Source: Malacoraja senta
Taxonomy: Eukaryota
DNA length: 64,000 nucleotides
Assembly: GCA_038087875.1 (NCBI GenBank)
Contig: CM075988.1
Location: forward strand, 26,538,001-26,602,000
Direction: 5' to 3'
Below are positions 12,323 through 25,236 of the stretch, piece by piece; position 1 is the first letter of the stretch, and each line of letters starts with the position of its first letter. A model generated the notes under the pieces. That model had not been told where the DNA came from and did not search any database. It saw only the letters and a list, made by a program, of their open reading frames with translations. Position numbers and translations under genes: made by a program.

Positions 12323-13874
12323 GTTGTGTAGGAAGGAACTGCAGATGCTGGTTTAAACCAAAAGCCCGCAGTAACTCAATTTAGCACACCCTGGAAAGGC
12401 AGATTTCCTCCCTCAAATGGAAGCTGATAAATGTTTTTTAACATCAATTCGACATTTCTGTGATCACCACAGTGGATTGGAGCTCTTTAATTGCAGAATT
12501 TGTTTCCTTAGCTTGAATGCTTCAGCTACTGTTTAGGATTTAAAGTCTGTAGATTTCTAATTTAACCACAACCATAGTTTTATGGGAATGGGATTTTGGT
12601 GGTGGGGAGAAGGGTGAGTGTACTGGTGTTACACAACACAGATTGATGGCCAAATTATTTACTATAAACAGTTTGGGCAGCACAGTGACACAGCAGTAGT
12701 TACAGCGCCAGGGACCCGGATTCGATACTGACCTCGGGTGCTGCCTGTATGGAGTTTGTACGTTCTCCCTGTGACCACATGGGTTTTCTCCGGGTGCTCC
12801 GATTCCCCCCCACACTCCAAAGACATGCAGGTTTGTAGGTTAATTAGCTTCTATAAATTGTCCCTAGTGTGTAGGATATTTCCAGCGTATGGGTGATTGC
12901 TGGCTGGTGCAGACTTGGTTCCATGTTGTAACATTTCTGGTTCCTGGTGATGAATTGGGCATGCAACATGTTTGGGTCTCCAATTAGCTTGCTGCAGCCA
13001 AGCGTCGGACATTCCAGCCATGGACATCCAACTCATATGAAGTGACATGCTTGGGCAGCAGAGCACACCATCTTCTGAGAAACACAATGGGTCCAAATAA
13101 GCCACTCTTACCCGAGATAACAAAGAGCTCTCTCTCATATCAAATATATATATATATATAGGTGAGCATTGTAGAACATCACCATTTATTTCAATTGTCA
13201 CCCCCTGCAATTTACATTTTAATCAAGAGTTTCAAATACTGAAAAGATTTGGATTTGTAAATGAAATCAGAACATTAATCATGTTGTGGCTGTAGGATTA
13301 AGTTCAGGGGTCAGATGTTAAGGGTCAGATGTTAAAGGTCAAATGTTAAGGGTCAGAGTACAATGGAATGTGCCTGATACCTGAGACCATTACCTGTGCA
13401 CACAGGTGGGCAGGATCTATTCATTGGCTTACCACGAGCAGATAGATAGTTGTTCCCAGATCGCTGTCCCTGCCCCAGAACATGACACAAAATCTCTAAC
13501 AACTCACCATTCAATACAGAGCAAACAGCAGCCAATTTCAGGTGGTTCAAATGCATTTTTTCTTCAGCATAAGTTACTGGGAACATCAGGTGTACGTGGG
13601 AGCTATTTAAACATTCAATACCTGTCAGTCAATAGTTACCTTGTTAATGGAGTCATTTGTTTAAAGACAATATTTACTGATCAAACCAATTCATTCTCGA
13701 TCTGTCCGGCAATATGTGTGTAAATGGGATCATTGGATAATGGGAATATTTGATTGGTGTGTTGGAGAGAGACTTTCCTCTTAGGGCAAACACTGATTGA
13801 AAGATTGAACTTAATGAGTACATTTTTCTCTCTCTCTTGACCTCTTTATTCTGACTTATTTTAAGTGAAACAGA

Positions 13875-14286
13875 AGAGTTGCTGCCTCACAGCGCCAGAG
13901 ACCCGGGTCCGATCCTGACTACGGGTGCTTTCTGTACGGAGTTTGTACCTTCTGCCTGTTTCTACGCTCCAATCTCCTCCCACATTTCAAAGACACACAG
14001 GTTTGTAGGTTAATTCAGTTTAGTTTATTGTCACGTGTACCGTGAAAAGCATTTGCTTCGTACTATCCAGTCAGTGGAAAGACAATACATGATTACAATC
14101 GAGCCATTTACAGTGTACAGATACATGATAAGGGAATAACGTTTAGTGCGAGGGCTTCTGTAAATTGCCCCTAGTGTCTAGGATGCAAAAGTGAGACAAC
14201 ATGGAACTAGTGTGCAGGTGATAAATGGTCGGCATGGACCCGGTGGGCCGAAGGGCCAGTTTCCACATTGTATCTCTAAACTAAAC
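13875..14286 (+). mobile_element. V-SINE interrupted by an inverted Rex1/Babar tail (14016-14150)
   Basis: The SINE body breaks at GTAGGTTAATT and resumes at GGCTTCTGTAAATTGCCC. The insert is the reverse complement of the 10520-10640 tail. Confidence 0.8.
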
Positions 14287-16036
14287 TTCTGTCTGCATGT
14301 TCCCTTTGCTGAGTAGGTGGTATCACCTTCCTCGCCTGTCCCCACATGGTTAAGGGTTGTCTGGATGTTCCTGAGACATGGGTGCTTGTGACAGTGACGA
14401 GGTTGTGTTTGGTGATGTTTGCAGCTTGCTCTTTGTGAGAAGCATGGCTCTCCAATTTTGCCTCCTTTGTTCTGCCAATGGAGTGAACAATCTCTTTTGT
14501 CTATTTTATCGGATTATTTAATCAATTCTAAATACTAATTAGATCATCTCACAATGCTCCTACTGAGCAATCTAAAACATCATGAGTTGAACATTAACCT
14601 TTCATTCTATGATCACACTCTATGTTCAGCAGATGGCACACTGCAATGGAAGATCAAATATGACCTACATGTCACAAACAGGGAATCGGTGTGGGACAAA
14701 CCACACATCCAGTGTAGCAGCTGCTCAAAACATAAGGAGAAATATCTAGCCCAAATTATTAGGAAATGCTTAAGTTGAGAAACTGCTTAAAATGTTGCGG
14801 CATTTTTGTATGTTTAAAAAAATCTTAATCATTCTAAACCTCTGGTGACACTTAAGGATACCAAATGGTCTTGGATTCTATTGCTGTAAAGAGGATTCAG
14901 TCAGGCTTGCAGTTACATGCACCGTGCCTGGTCCTGCATCTCACTGACCTCCATTCCTTCTCCATCTGCAGCCTAATGCCTACTGCCCAGATTCCATTCC
15001 ATAGTAATAATCATAACAATAACAATAATAATAGTCAGGCCCAACGTTCTGGTCCTTGATGATATCCACAGACTGACATCTCACAGTTCTCAATCTTTAA
15101 AATTCCTTTTATTCTGCCATTCCCAATCTCATATTCTCTGTAATCAATGTCAATTGGAACCTCTGCCCACCTTGACTCCCAGTTCATGGCCAGTAGTTTC
15201 TCTGTTCATCTAACCTTGACCTTCTTGGCCATTATTTTATTGATTCACCCAGCCATCCCATCACCATGGCGTTGTCTTTGCAGATTCCCCTCCATCTCTA
15301 CATGCCCACCTTGCTCCGTGCATATTTAACCCACCTCGTTCATTGTGCCTTTGCCCAGCCATGTTACTAACATGGAGGAACAATATCTTCCCATATCTAT
15401 CCTGAAGTGCAGATTGTGGAAGGATTGGATTTGGCCATGATGCATACAAGGGGCAGAGCGATGCAGTTAGTAGAACCAGGGTCTCACAGCTCCAGTGAGC
15501 AGGTTCAATCCTGACCTTGGCTGCTATCTGCGCAGCGTTTGCACCTTCTCCCTTCGATCCCATGGATGTTTTCCAGGTGTTCAAGTTTCTGTCATGTCCC
15601 AAAGATGTGCAGGTTGTTTGGTCAGTGTATTTGGACCTGGTGGGAGAATCTGGGGGTTCTTGAGGGAATATAATGGGATCAGCCTAGGATGAGGATAACT
15701 TGCTGTTTGATGATCAGTGCAGACTTGCCAGATTAGATGGACCATTTCTGTGCTCCATGCCGCTAAGAGTCTGTGACCTGATCTAGACAACATTTTAACA
15801 TTAACTAATGTGTCCTACCACAGGTGGGGTCAGATTCTGTTGACTAAGATCCCTGCCAGGCAGCATTGAAGGTTTTATAAAATAAATATGTTTTTAGTTC
15901 AGTTTAATGGAGTTGGAGGGAAGGACAGAGAATGAGAGGGACATGGCAGAATGTTGCAGCCAGTGGGGTGAAGGCAAGACTGTTGTTGGTGGGGACATGC
16001 AGGAGAAGCTGAACCTGAAGCGTTGTCGGTGCTGGA

Positions 16037-18176
16037 CAGGGCCGGCTCAAGGTACCGGCAACTCGGGCAGTCGCCCGGGGTGCCATGTGCTAGGGGGCGC
16101 CATCAAGGAGTGCGTGACAAAGACAAGGACATTTCCACAACCGTCAGCTTGTACACGTCACGTAAGGCGGCTGAGGAAGCGGGCATAGTGATCGTCTTCG
16201 TCTATAAGACTTTGCATATCTGTTACGTTTATTTGCAACGATTAATGATGTTTTAGTGACCTTTGAATTATATAAAATATTTAATAATGCAATCTAATTT
16301 TATTAATTTGTATTTTGCATATTAGCCAGTGTTTATGTAGTATGGCTGAGGTCAGCTTGGCCTGTCATGGTATGACATCACGTCACAAATGTTGAAGTGG
16401 ACGCCCGCGTAGCCTACGCGTCCACATCAACATGTGGCGTAGGTCAGGTGAGCGTGGAAGGTGTGGGTGGGGTGGGGTCGCCTGGGTTGGGCATAAGACA
16501 AAGCCACATCAGTTGTCTTTCTGTTTCTTGAGACTGTGGACCGTCTGATTACTTGAACTTGTCAGGACTCAAGACCAGGAGCTACATAGGCTAGGCAGCA
16601 CAACTGCTGAAATGTAAGTCAATTATTTCATAATTTTTATGAAGTATTTATCTGACTGTTTTTAATTTAATCAGGCGCGGATCATGAAAGAGAATCCACA
16701 GGCGTTTTATATGCCATGTGGATGTCATAGCCTGAACTTAGTGGTTGGTGACAGTGCAACAAGTTGCCGGGAATCCACTTCATTTTTTGGTACTGTCCAG
16801 CGCATATATGTTTTGTTTTCGGCCTCTCCTTGGCGATGGCATGCACTGAAAAAACATGTTAAATGCCTCACTGCAAAACCTTTATGCGAGACTAGATGGG
16901 AGTGCAGATTAGAATGTGTCAAAGCCATTAAATATGAAATTATAGGAATCCGAGAAGCTCTTTATGAACTTTCAGAAATGCCTGCTTCTGACCCTGCAAT
17001 GCGACATGAAGCAGAGACTCTTGTAACACAAATAGAAGATTACAGTTTTCTAGTGATGATGAATGTCTGGTATGATGTCTTAGGCAGAGTAAATGTTGTC
17101 AGCAAAACTATGCAGAACACCTCTGTGGAACTGTCTACCGTAGTTTCATTAATGAATAGTGTCACTGATTACTTAATTGATTATCGTGCTAATGGATATG
17201 AAAAAGCACTAGTCAGCAAAAGAATTAGTTACAGAATTAGATGTAGAGCCCATTTTTAGAAGTAAAAGAATAAGCAGAAAAAGGAGGCTGTTTGAATATG
17301 AGTGCATTGACGAGGTTCCAAATGCAGATGACCCAGAAAAAAGATTTAAAAATCATGTGTTCAATGTAATACTCGACAGAGCTATTAATTCTTTATCAGA
17401 GAGATTTGAACAGTTACAAAGTTTCAATAACACATGGGGATTTTTAAATAACCTAAAAGATCTGCCAGATAAAAATAAACTCAAAGTAGCATGTCAAGGT
17501 TTGGAGGATAAGTTAAGGTACCAAGAAAATAGTGATATTAATGGATGTGATCTCTTGACGGAACTGGATACTGCAAAATAATTCTTTCCTGAAGATGTAA
17601 AGCTTCCAATAGAAGCCGTTGGGTTCATAAACACTAATAAGTTACAGGATGTCATGCCAAATCTGTGGGTTGCATTAAGAATAATGCTTACAATACCTAT
17701 TACTGTGGCCACTGGAGAGAGAAGCTTTAATAAACTAAAGCTTATAAAGACATACTTACGGTCGTCCATGACTCAGATTAAATTCTTTGGCAATTTTGTC
17801 AATAGAAAATGATCTTGTAAAGAAGATAGATATAGAAAGTGCCATGAAAAGATTTGCAGATCTAAAGGCTAGAAAAAAAATGTTTTAGGTAGGATAATAA
17901 ATGTTTTCCAGCATCTGTTCATTTGTTCATACTTTTTATTAGGAGAAAATTCGTTACAGCTACAGTTTTTATCATCGTGAACTTACGGAATATAGTATGC
18001 TTCTCAGTTTGTTCAGATTCTGTACAGATTTGAATGCCTCGATTTTGTAATATTGTAATAAACTCTTTATTCTACATTTTCAGTTTTTCTCCTTGTGAAA
18101 TGTTTTTTTAATTATACTTGTAAGGGCGCCGAAGTTCAGCTTGCCCGGGGCGCCAGCAACCCTAGGGCCGACGCTG
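16037..18176 (+). mobile_element. Internally deleted hAT DNA transposon (Tip100/ZMYM1-like transposase type)
   Basis: Imperfect TIRs CAGGGCCGGC... and ...GCCGACGCTG. Identical 8-bp TSD GTGCTGGA at 16029-16036 and 18177-18184. Contains a transposase remnant. Confidence 0.93.
16672..17888 (+). pseudogene. Disrupted C-terminal half of a hAT transposase
   Basis: Motifs QARIMKENPQAFYMPCGCHSLNLV, PLCETRWECR, and the hAT C-terminal dimerisation motif LRIMLTIPITVATGERSFNKLKLIKTYLRSSMTQ (about 17654-17775). Ends RFADLKARKKMF*. Frameshifts near 17215 and 17780, in-frame stop at 17579-17581, N-terminus missing. Confidence 0.9.
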
Positions 18177-19096
18177 GTGCTGGAGGAGATTAGGAGCCGG
18201 GCGGTCAGAAGGATTTGGAAACAAGAAAAGGAATTTTCTATCAGACCACAACTTCAGTTTCTAGTCTCACAGCAGTAACTCTAATCGGGTAATGCCACTG
18301 TGAATCCATACACTAGTTATACATTGCACATTCAAAATCAGAGTAGGGACCATTGAGGAGTAAAGAAATGGGGTGCATTGAATGGTCAGCTTCAAGATGA
18401 CTACATGATTCCTACAGGTATTCCATTGCATTCAGAGCCACAGTGATCAGGATGTATCGTGATTCTTCACTGCATTCTGAACAAGCTTCTCAAATGAGAT
18501 AATGCTATTTAATCTGTGGTTTGTTAAATATTGTTTACAAATTACCCATTCGTATTCTTATCGCTTTGTAATCTTTATTTATGATATGTGCAGCCAGATT
18601 CCCATTTCGCAGACTAATCATGTCATGGTTGGTAAACCGCTGGAGATGTCGGTGGTCGGGCAGTAAGAGTTTACAATGTAGATAGTCATCATGCTCAGAT
18701 TATTACTCCTGTGGGAAACAAGGTGCTCACTCACACACTCTGTTCCTGACATAGATCTCTGCCTTACAGAACAATAACTCACATTGAAACAGCGCTGTTA
18801 ATAAAGTACAGCATGATAAAGTACTTCCCGTAATCAGACACACTTTACTGCTCCAGCAAACCAATCCTCATCTCCGGGCCGTCTGTGTGGAGTCTGTATA
18901 TTCTCCCTGTGACTTCCTGAGTTTCCTCCGGCTGCCCTGGTTTACTTTCACATCCCAAAGATGTCCGGCTGGTAGGTTAATTGGTCGCTGTGGAATTCCC
19001 CAAGTGTGTTGGTGAGTGGTGGAATCTGGGAGGATTTGATGGGAATGTGGGGAGAATGGAAGAGAGATTGGTGATGGATTCATGTCAAATGGAAGC

Positions 19097-19630
19097 AGAG
19101 TGCTGGAGTAACTCAGCGGGTCAGGCAGCATCCCTGGAGAACATGGATAGGTGACGTTTCACAGAGTGCTGGAGTAACTCAGCGGGTCAGGCAGCATCTG
19201 TGGAGCAAAGGAAATGGGCAACCTTTCAGGCCGAAACCCTGAAGGAAATAGGCAACGTTTCGGGCCGAAACCCGGAAGGGTTTCGGGCCGAAACGTTGCC
19301 TATTTCCTTCGCTCCATAGATGCTGCCGGAACATGGATAGGTGACGTTTCACAGAGTGCTGGAGTAACTCAGCGGGTCAGGCAGCATCTGTGGAGAACAT
19401 GGATAGGTGACGTTTCACAGAGTGCTGGAGTAACTCAGCGGGTCAGGCAGCATCGCTGGAGAACATGGATAGTTTATGCCTTGTGACAGGACCCTTCTTC
19501 AGACTGAGAAGGGTCTCGACCTGAAAGTCACCTAGCCATGTTCTCCAGAGATGCTCCCTGACCCACTGAATTACTCCAGCACATTGTGTCCTTTGGTGTA
19601 AATCAGCATCTGCAGTTCCTTGTCTCTACA
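19097..19630. repeat. Second copy of the composite Penelope-derived array
   Basis: 19097-19470 is near-identical to 4583-4890; both give the same spurious ORF start MGNLSGRNPEGNRQRFGPKPGRVSG. Confidence 0.88.
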
Positions 19631-20680
19631 TGGATTAATGTTGTTGAGTACTTGGTGCATGGACTGGGGAGGATGGAAGGCCCATGTCCGTGCTGTATGA
19701 TTCTATAACTCTTTATCCGAAGCTGAGCCAAAGTAAGAAGCCTGGTCAATGAAGTAGGTTTTGGGGAGTCTTTTAATGACAGTGATGGCCACAACTTTAG
19801 GTTTAGGTCACTAAAGGTACAGCCACTAATGTTGGCGGTAAAAAGGAATGGGAATGTGCTAGAGACCATAATGGAGTAACCGTGAGGCCCAGTGCTGCAG
19901 GTGACTGAGAACAACAATCCACATTACAAGCCAGCATCACTGTGGTGGGTCCACCTTGTCAAATTGTGTGTTCTAATTCGTGAAAAAATGAAGAACATCC
20001 ACAGTAGGTGTACAGGATCAAAATAGTAGAAAAGGTGAAAGGATTAAATAATCATTGCATCAGATCTCTGTAAGATGTTTGGATACAGTTTCTTGGACAA
20101 GATTCTTAAACCAAGATCTCGTGACTGAGGGACGTACTGTTGTGGTCCTTTAGCTTGGGGCAATTGTACAGCCCGTCTAATACAAGTTGTAGAAATTAGT
20201 GAAAGACCAAATTTGGCAAACTGAGTAAAAGTACCCCCCCCCCCCCCCCAAACTGTAAAAGACCAGAGCAGAGATATTGCAGGGAACTGAAGCTGATCCG
20301 TTCACATGGCTGTGTGTCTTGTGCCACTCTCCAAACACTTCCCCATTGTGCTCGAGTAATATTGTTTGACTTGTCTGGTCTGTGCCAATATGTGCTTATC
20401 ATCCTGGCCAGAGTCCAGACTGTGAACCATTGTGACTTTGGCCATGCCAGCGGTTGACACGCACCCTCCTGTGTGCTTGTTCTGTTTGTGCCTGGCTTGT
20501 AAACACCAGCATTCATCTGACTTTGAAACAATTAACCAGCCCCAACATCATGGGCTAAAGGCCAACTACACCTGGAGTATCTGCTGGTCATTCTGTGCTG
20601 ACAGGGTCTTCACTCTGGGTTGTTGGTTAATGGTTCGGTATAAAGAGCAGGAATATTACAACTGGAACTATCTCAACTCT

Positions 20681-20872
20681 GTAGATAGACACAAAAAGCT
20701 GGAGTAACTCAGCGGGTCAGACAGAATCACTGGAGAAAAGGAATAGGTAATGTCTCGACCCAAAACGTCACCTATTCCTTCTCTCCAGAGATGCTGTCTG
20801 ACCCTCTGAGTTACTCCAGCTTTCTGCGTCTATCTTTGGTTTAAACCAGCATCTGCAGTTCTTTCCTACATA
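20681..20872. repeat. Penelope-derived fold-back element
   Basis: Inverted GATAGACACAAAAAGCTGGAGTAACTCAG arms. Confidence 0.8.
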
Positions 20873-22599
20873 CCTCAGCCCTGAAACCTATGCATCACAG
20901 ATCATTTATTTCACTTCTTTTATCTAAGCAATATTATTCTTAAAGTTCTCACCGCTATTGTAACGGCAATGCTTAGACATTTAGTTACAATTGTACCCGT
21001 GTGATAATTATCAAGAAATTCAAATTAAATGAATTAGAATTTCCATTCGAATTGGTGGCAGCTTTCAGAATATGACTGTACCATTCACATGCTAAAGAAT
21101 GGAAAGTTTCCATTTCAACCTCACAATAGTATGTCTGAAGAAGGGTCTCAACACAAAACGTCACATGTTCCTTTTATCCAGAGATACTGCCTGACCCGCT
21201 GAGTTACTCCAGCACTCTGTATCTATCTTCAGTATCAGACACACTTGGGCCGTGGACACAGAGATTCTGAATGGTAAAGTAAACCTTCCACTTCTCTCCT
21301 GCTCCATATCTTGGCCACTTTATGCAACACCTATGCCTCATGTTGAAACAGCCTCTCTTGCCCAATTATTCCTTCAGTTTTACAAGTCTGATCTTAGCCA
21401 ACTGATGAGGAGGTCAGACCATAATTTGGAGTCTGGTTCAAAGTCCAGAACACACCACTGAGCCATTAAATAACATGTCTTGGTCCACTTTCCTATCATC
21501 CCCCTTGTCCAAAGTTTGTTAGTCTCAATTTTCAACAACCAAGCACCCAAAGACTTGTAAAGATTCACTTCCATCTTTGCAAAATGTAGCTTACACACAG
21601 TCCTAAAACAGGAAGATCAAATGCACCTACCACCAGCAATGGGTACAACCAGCCCACAGGGTTCACCAGATGGAACCCATTCTCCCATTTGCAAGTCTCA
21701 GTAAGAACAAGTGCTCTGACACAGTTTGGTTTATGTTGCTCCCGGGATGAGGAGGGTGATTGAATGCCAGCACACTGGCAACTCTACAACCGGTGGAAGG
21801 CGATGGTCTAGACTAACCCTAACCCTAACCGGTCTAGACTTGGCCCCGGTTATTTCTATACAGTCCAGGATCGGTGAGGAAGGTTGTCCCTGTCTCCGTA
21901 CAACCACGGACCCACGGACCGCGTTTGTCAGGAGTCGGGCAGGGGCTGATGCAGCCAATGAATCATGGCGGTTCTGGCATGTTTAAACCATGGAGCACTC
22001 GTGGCCTTATTGACCCCAGCAGCAGGGTCTAAGAAGACACCCCAGTAACAAAGGCTTTATTAAAGAAACACTACCAACACCCCAATGCTATCCTTACCAA
22101 CATCTCCGGGGGGTTTTCAGATATTAATAGCATTTCCCCCCCTCTGTCGAGCTGAATTAACAGCTGACACATTTACCATGGTTAGGATGAAGAGAGATGG
22201 AGGGGTTAGGATAGACTGACTATGAATTTGTCAGATGGATACATTTCTAAACGATAGTTGAAAATATTTTTAAAGTTTGTGTTCAAATATCATTTTAACA
22301 CCAACTTAAATGATATTAAATAAAATTAATGAATTTGTGGTAAAGTTTGTGTTTAAGTATCATTCATAAATTGTTACACTTTAAACGCAAACTTTAATGA
22401 TATTTTAAGTCTCATTTATAAATTTGTTACGTGTTAACAGAAACTTATTGTAAGTAGAAATCTGCTATATTTTAACAAACTTAAAATGATAATAACTATA
22501 ATTTATAAATGATAATTAATGACATTTGTGTAATTGTGAAGCTCATTTATAAAAGTCACTGAAGCCTAACCTTCGCGATGTAGGTTGTTGAACTAGCTC

Positions 22600-22820
22600 A
22601 GGGGATGGGGGAGGGGAGAGAAGGAGGGGTGCGGGGGAGAGAGGGGGAGGGGGAGAGGGGTGGGTGCGGGGAAGAGAGGGGGGGGGAGAGAGGGGGGAGG
22701 GGGAGAGGGGTGGGTGCGGGGGAGAGGGGAGAGAGAGAGGGGTGCGGGGGAGAGAGGGGGAGGGGGAGAGGGGTGGGTGCGGGGGAGAGGGAGGGTGCGG
22801 GGGAGAGGGGGGGTGCGGAG
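22600..22820 (+). repeat. G/A-rich low-complexity tandem tract with G-quadruplex potential
   Basis: Repeated GGGGTGCGGGGGAGAGAGGGG units. Similar purine or G-run tracts at 3385-3495, 7055-7170 (minus) and 31570-31650. Confidence 0.85.
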
Positions 22821-23960
22821 CGGAGGAGGCGTCTCTTTTGTGGGAAACTTCAGCAAACAGGAAGGGACTGTTCAAACGCATGGCAGAAATGCTTTCTTTG
22901 TTTGGACGCGGGCTCGCTAATTAGTTTATTGGGCTAGTAATTTCAAATTGAGTTGCTACATGGTAACCGGGAAAGTACAGCCGCGGATGAGGAATCCCAT
23001 CAGCTTTCCCCGGCTTCGTTTTGACCACGAAACTTTTTCAGAACTTCCTTGGGACAAACATTAAATCAGTCTTGGAACACCTTCCAGTGACTAATGCTAG
23101 TTATTTTTACAAGAACGATCCGCTCTGTGTTTTAAGATGCTGCATTAGAAATAACACGCGGGGCAACATCCATCTAGGATTGAAATCCCCCGAAACGTCC
23201 CCCTCGTGTAGCGAGGACTACAAGCGTTTCCTCTTCGGGTAGTTTGGCGATTGTTCCCCAGTTACTCGCTTTCAATCGAATGGGAAAGAACTCGCCATTT
23301 CTGCCCCAACGTTGACACAGATTGCTGGGGTAAATTTATCGCTTTGCAGATATTTAACAATATCATTCCCTGTAGCGGTTAAGTGTAAACGTGGTTGATC
23401 TGAACTAGCTGGGACGTTATCATGTTGTATTTATCCGTGTTGTAACTGGATGTTACACGGTTGGAGACACTGCCCGGTGGCGCTAAACCGTGTTTGATGA
23501 AACGTGTGCATGTTTAAAGAGCGGGGTCTACCTGTAGACACAGAGTGAGCGCTTTGCCTCCATGTTTGTCCCAGGCTGGTAAACACGGTGCGTTTAGAAT
23601 GCAGGTACATCACAGGAGCTCAGCCCCAGCCCAGTGTCCACAGTGTGTGTAGTCGCTGCACTTTAGTTCAGAGTGAGAGTGGGGTATTCATGCATTAGTG
23701 TATGTCTAGAGTGGCGGGGATAGAGAGCGCTGTCCAACACGTTCGACACTAACACACGACCCATAGCCGGGAAACTGCTCCGTTCCACCCAAACTAAATC
23801 AATCACACGGATACAGTTTGCCCCGATTTGTAATTTGGTGTTTAAGCACCCTGACCATTGTAGACATCGGCTGTGAAGATTTATTTCGGTTTCATTTCAT
23901 CATTGCCGATATTGGATATGGACAGACCATGCGCTGTGGCCTGGATCCGTGATTGCCGAC
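22805..23960. promoter_or_regulatory. CpG-enriched non-repeat segment (possible intragenic CpG island)
   Basis: CG dinucleotides are visibly denser here than in the surrounding unique DNA; judged by eye, not computed. Confidence 0.45.
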
Positions 23961-23963
23961 CGA

Positions 23964-25036
23964 CACCCGTGTACACACCCAGACCCGTACCCGTGTACAC
24001 ACCCACACCCGTGTACACACCCAGACCCGTGTACACACCACACCCGTGCACACACCCACACCCGTGTACACACCCAGACCCGTACCCGTGTACACACCCA
24101 GACCCGTGTACACACCCAGACCCGCTCCCGTGTACACACCCAGACCCGTGTACACACCCAGACCCGTACCCGTGTACACACCCACACCCAGACCCGTACC
24201 CGTGTACACACCCACACCCGTGTACACACCCAGACACGTGTACACACCCAGACCCGTACCCGTGTACACACCCAGACCCGTGTACACACCCAGACCCGCT
24301 CCTGTGTACACACCCAGACCCGTACCCATGTACACACCCAGACCCGTGTACACACCCAGACCCGTACCCGTGTACACACCCAGACCCGTACCCGTGTACA
24401 CACCCAGACCGTACCCGTGTACACACCCAGACCCGTGTACACACCCAGACCCGTACCCGTGTACACACCCAGACCGTACCCGTGTACACACCCAGACCCG
24501 CTCCCGTGTACACACCCAGACCCGTACCCGTGTACACACCCAGACCCATGTACACACCCACTCCCACACCCGTGTACACACCCAGACCCGTACCCATGTA
24601 CACACCCACACCCGTGTACACACCCACACCCGTGTACACACCCACACCCGCTCCCGTGTACACACCCGTGTACACACACACACCCGTGTATACACCCACA
24701 CCCGTGTACACACCCACACCCGTGTACACACCCACACCCATGTACACAACTAGACCCACTCCCGTGTACACACCCGCACCATGTACACACCCAGACATGC
24801 TCCCGTGTACACACCCAGATCCGCTCCCGTGTACACACCCAGACCGTACCCGTGTACACACCCAGACCCACACCCGTGTACACACCCAGACCTGTGTACA
24901 CACCCAGACCCGCTCCCGTGTACACACCCAGACCCGTACCCATGTATACACCCACACCCACACCCGTGTACACACCCAGACCCGTACCAGTGTACACACC
25001 CACACCCACACCCGTGTACACACCCAGACCCGTAAC
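23964..25036. repeat. Minisatellite with 18- and 24-bp unit variants, core CCCGTGTACACACCCAGA
   Basis: Dozens of direct copies containing the palindrome GTGTACAC; the array runs into the assembly gap. Confidence 0.97.
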
Positions 25037-25236
25037 NNNNNNNNNNNNNNNNNNNNNNNNNNNNNNNNNNNNNNNNNNNNNNNNNNNNNNNNNNNNNNNN
25101 NNNNNNNNNNNNNNNNNNNNNNNNNNNNNNNNNNNNNNNNNNNNNNNNNNNNNNNNNNNNNNNNNNNNNNNNNNNNNNNNNNNNNNNNNNNNNNNNNNNN
25201 NNNNNNNNNNNNNNNNNNNNNNNNNNNNNNNNNNNN
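25037..25236. other. Assembly gap (200 N)
   Basis: Run of 200 n; the round length suggests a placeholder for a gap of unknown size. Confidence 0.99.

Noticed and set aside
13400..13480. Minus-strand donor-like CACAG|gtaa
   Set aside because: Upstream translation shows no zinc-finger similarity.
22951..22966. RFX X-box-like GTTGCTACATGGTAAC
   Set aside because: Half-site spacing of 4 nt exceeds the usual 0-3; unsupported without conservation data.
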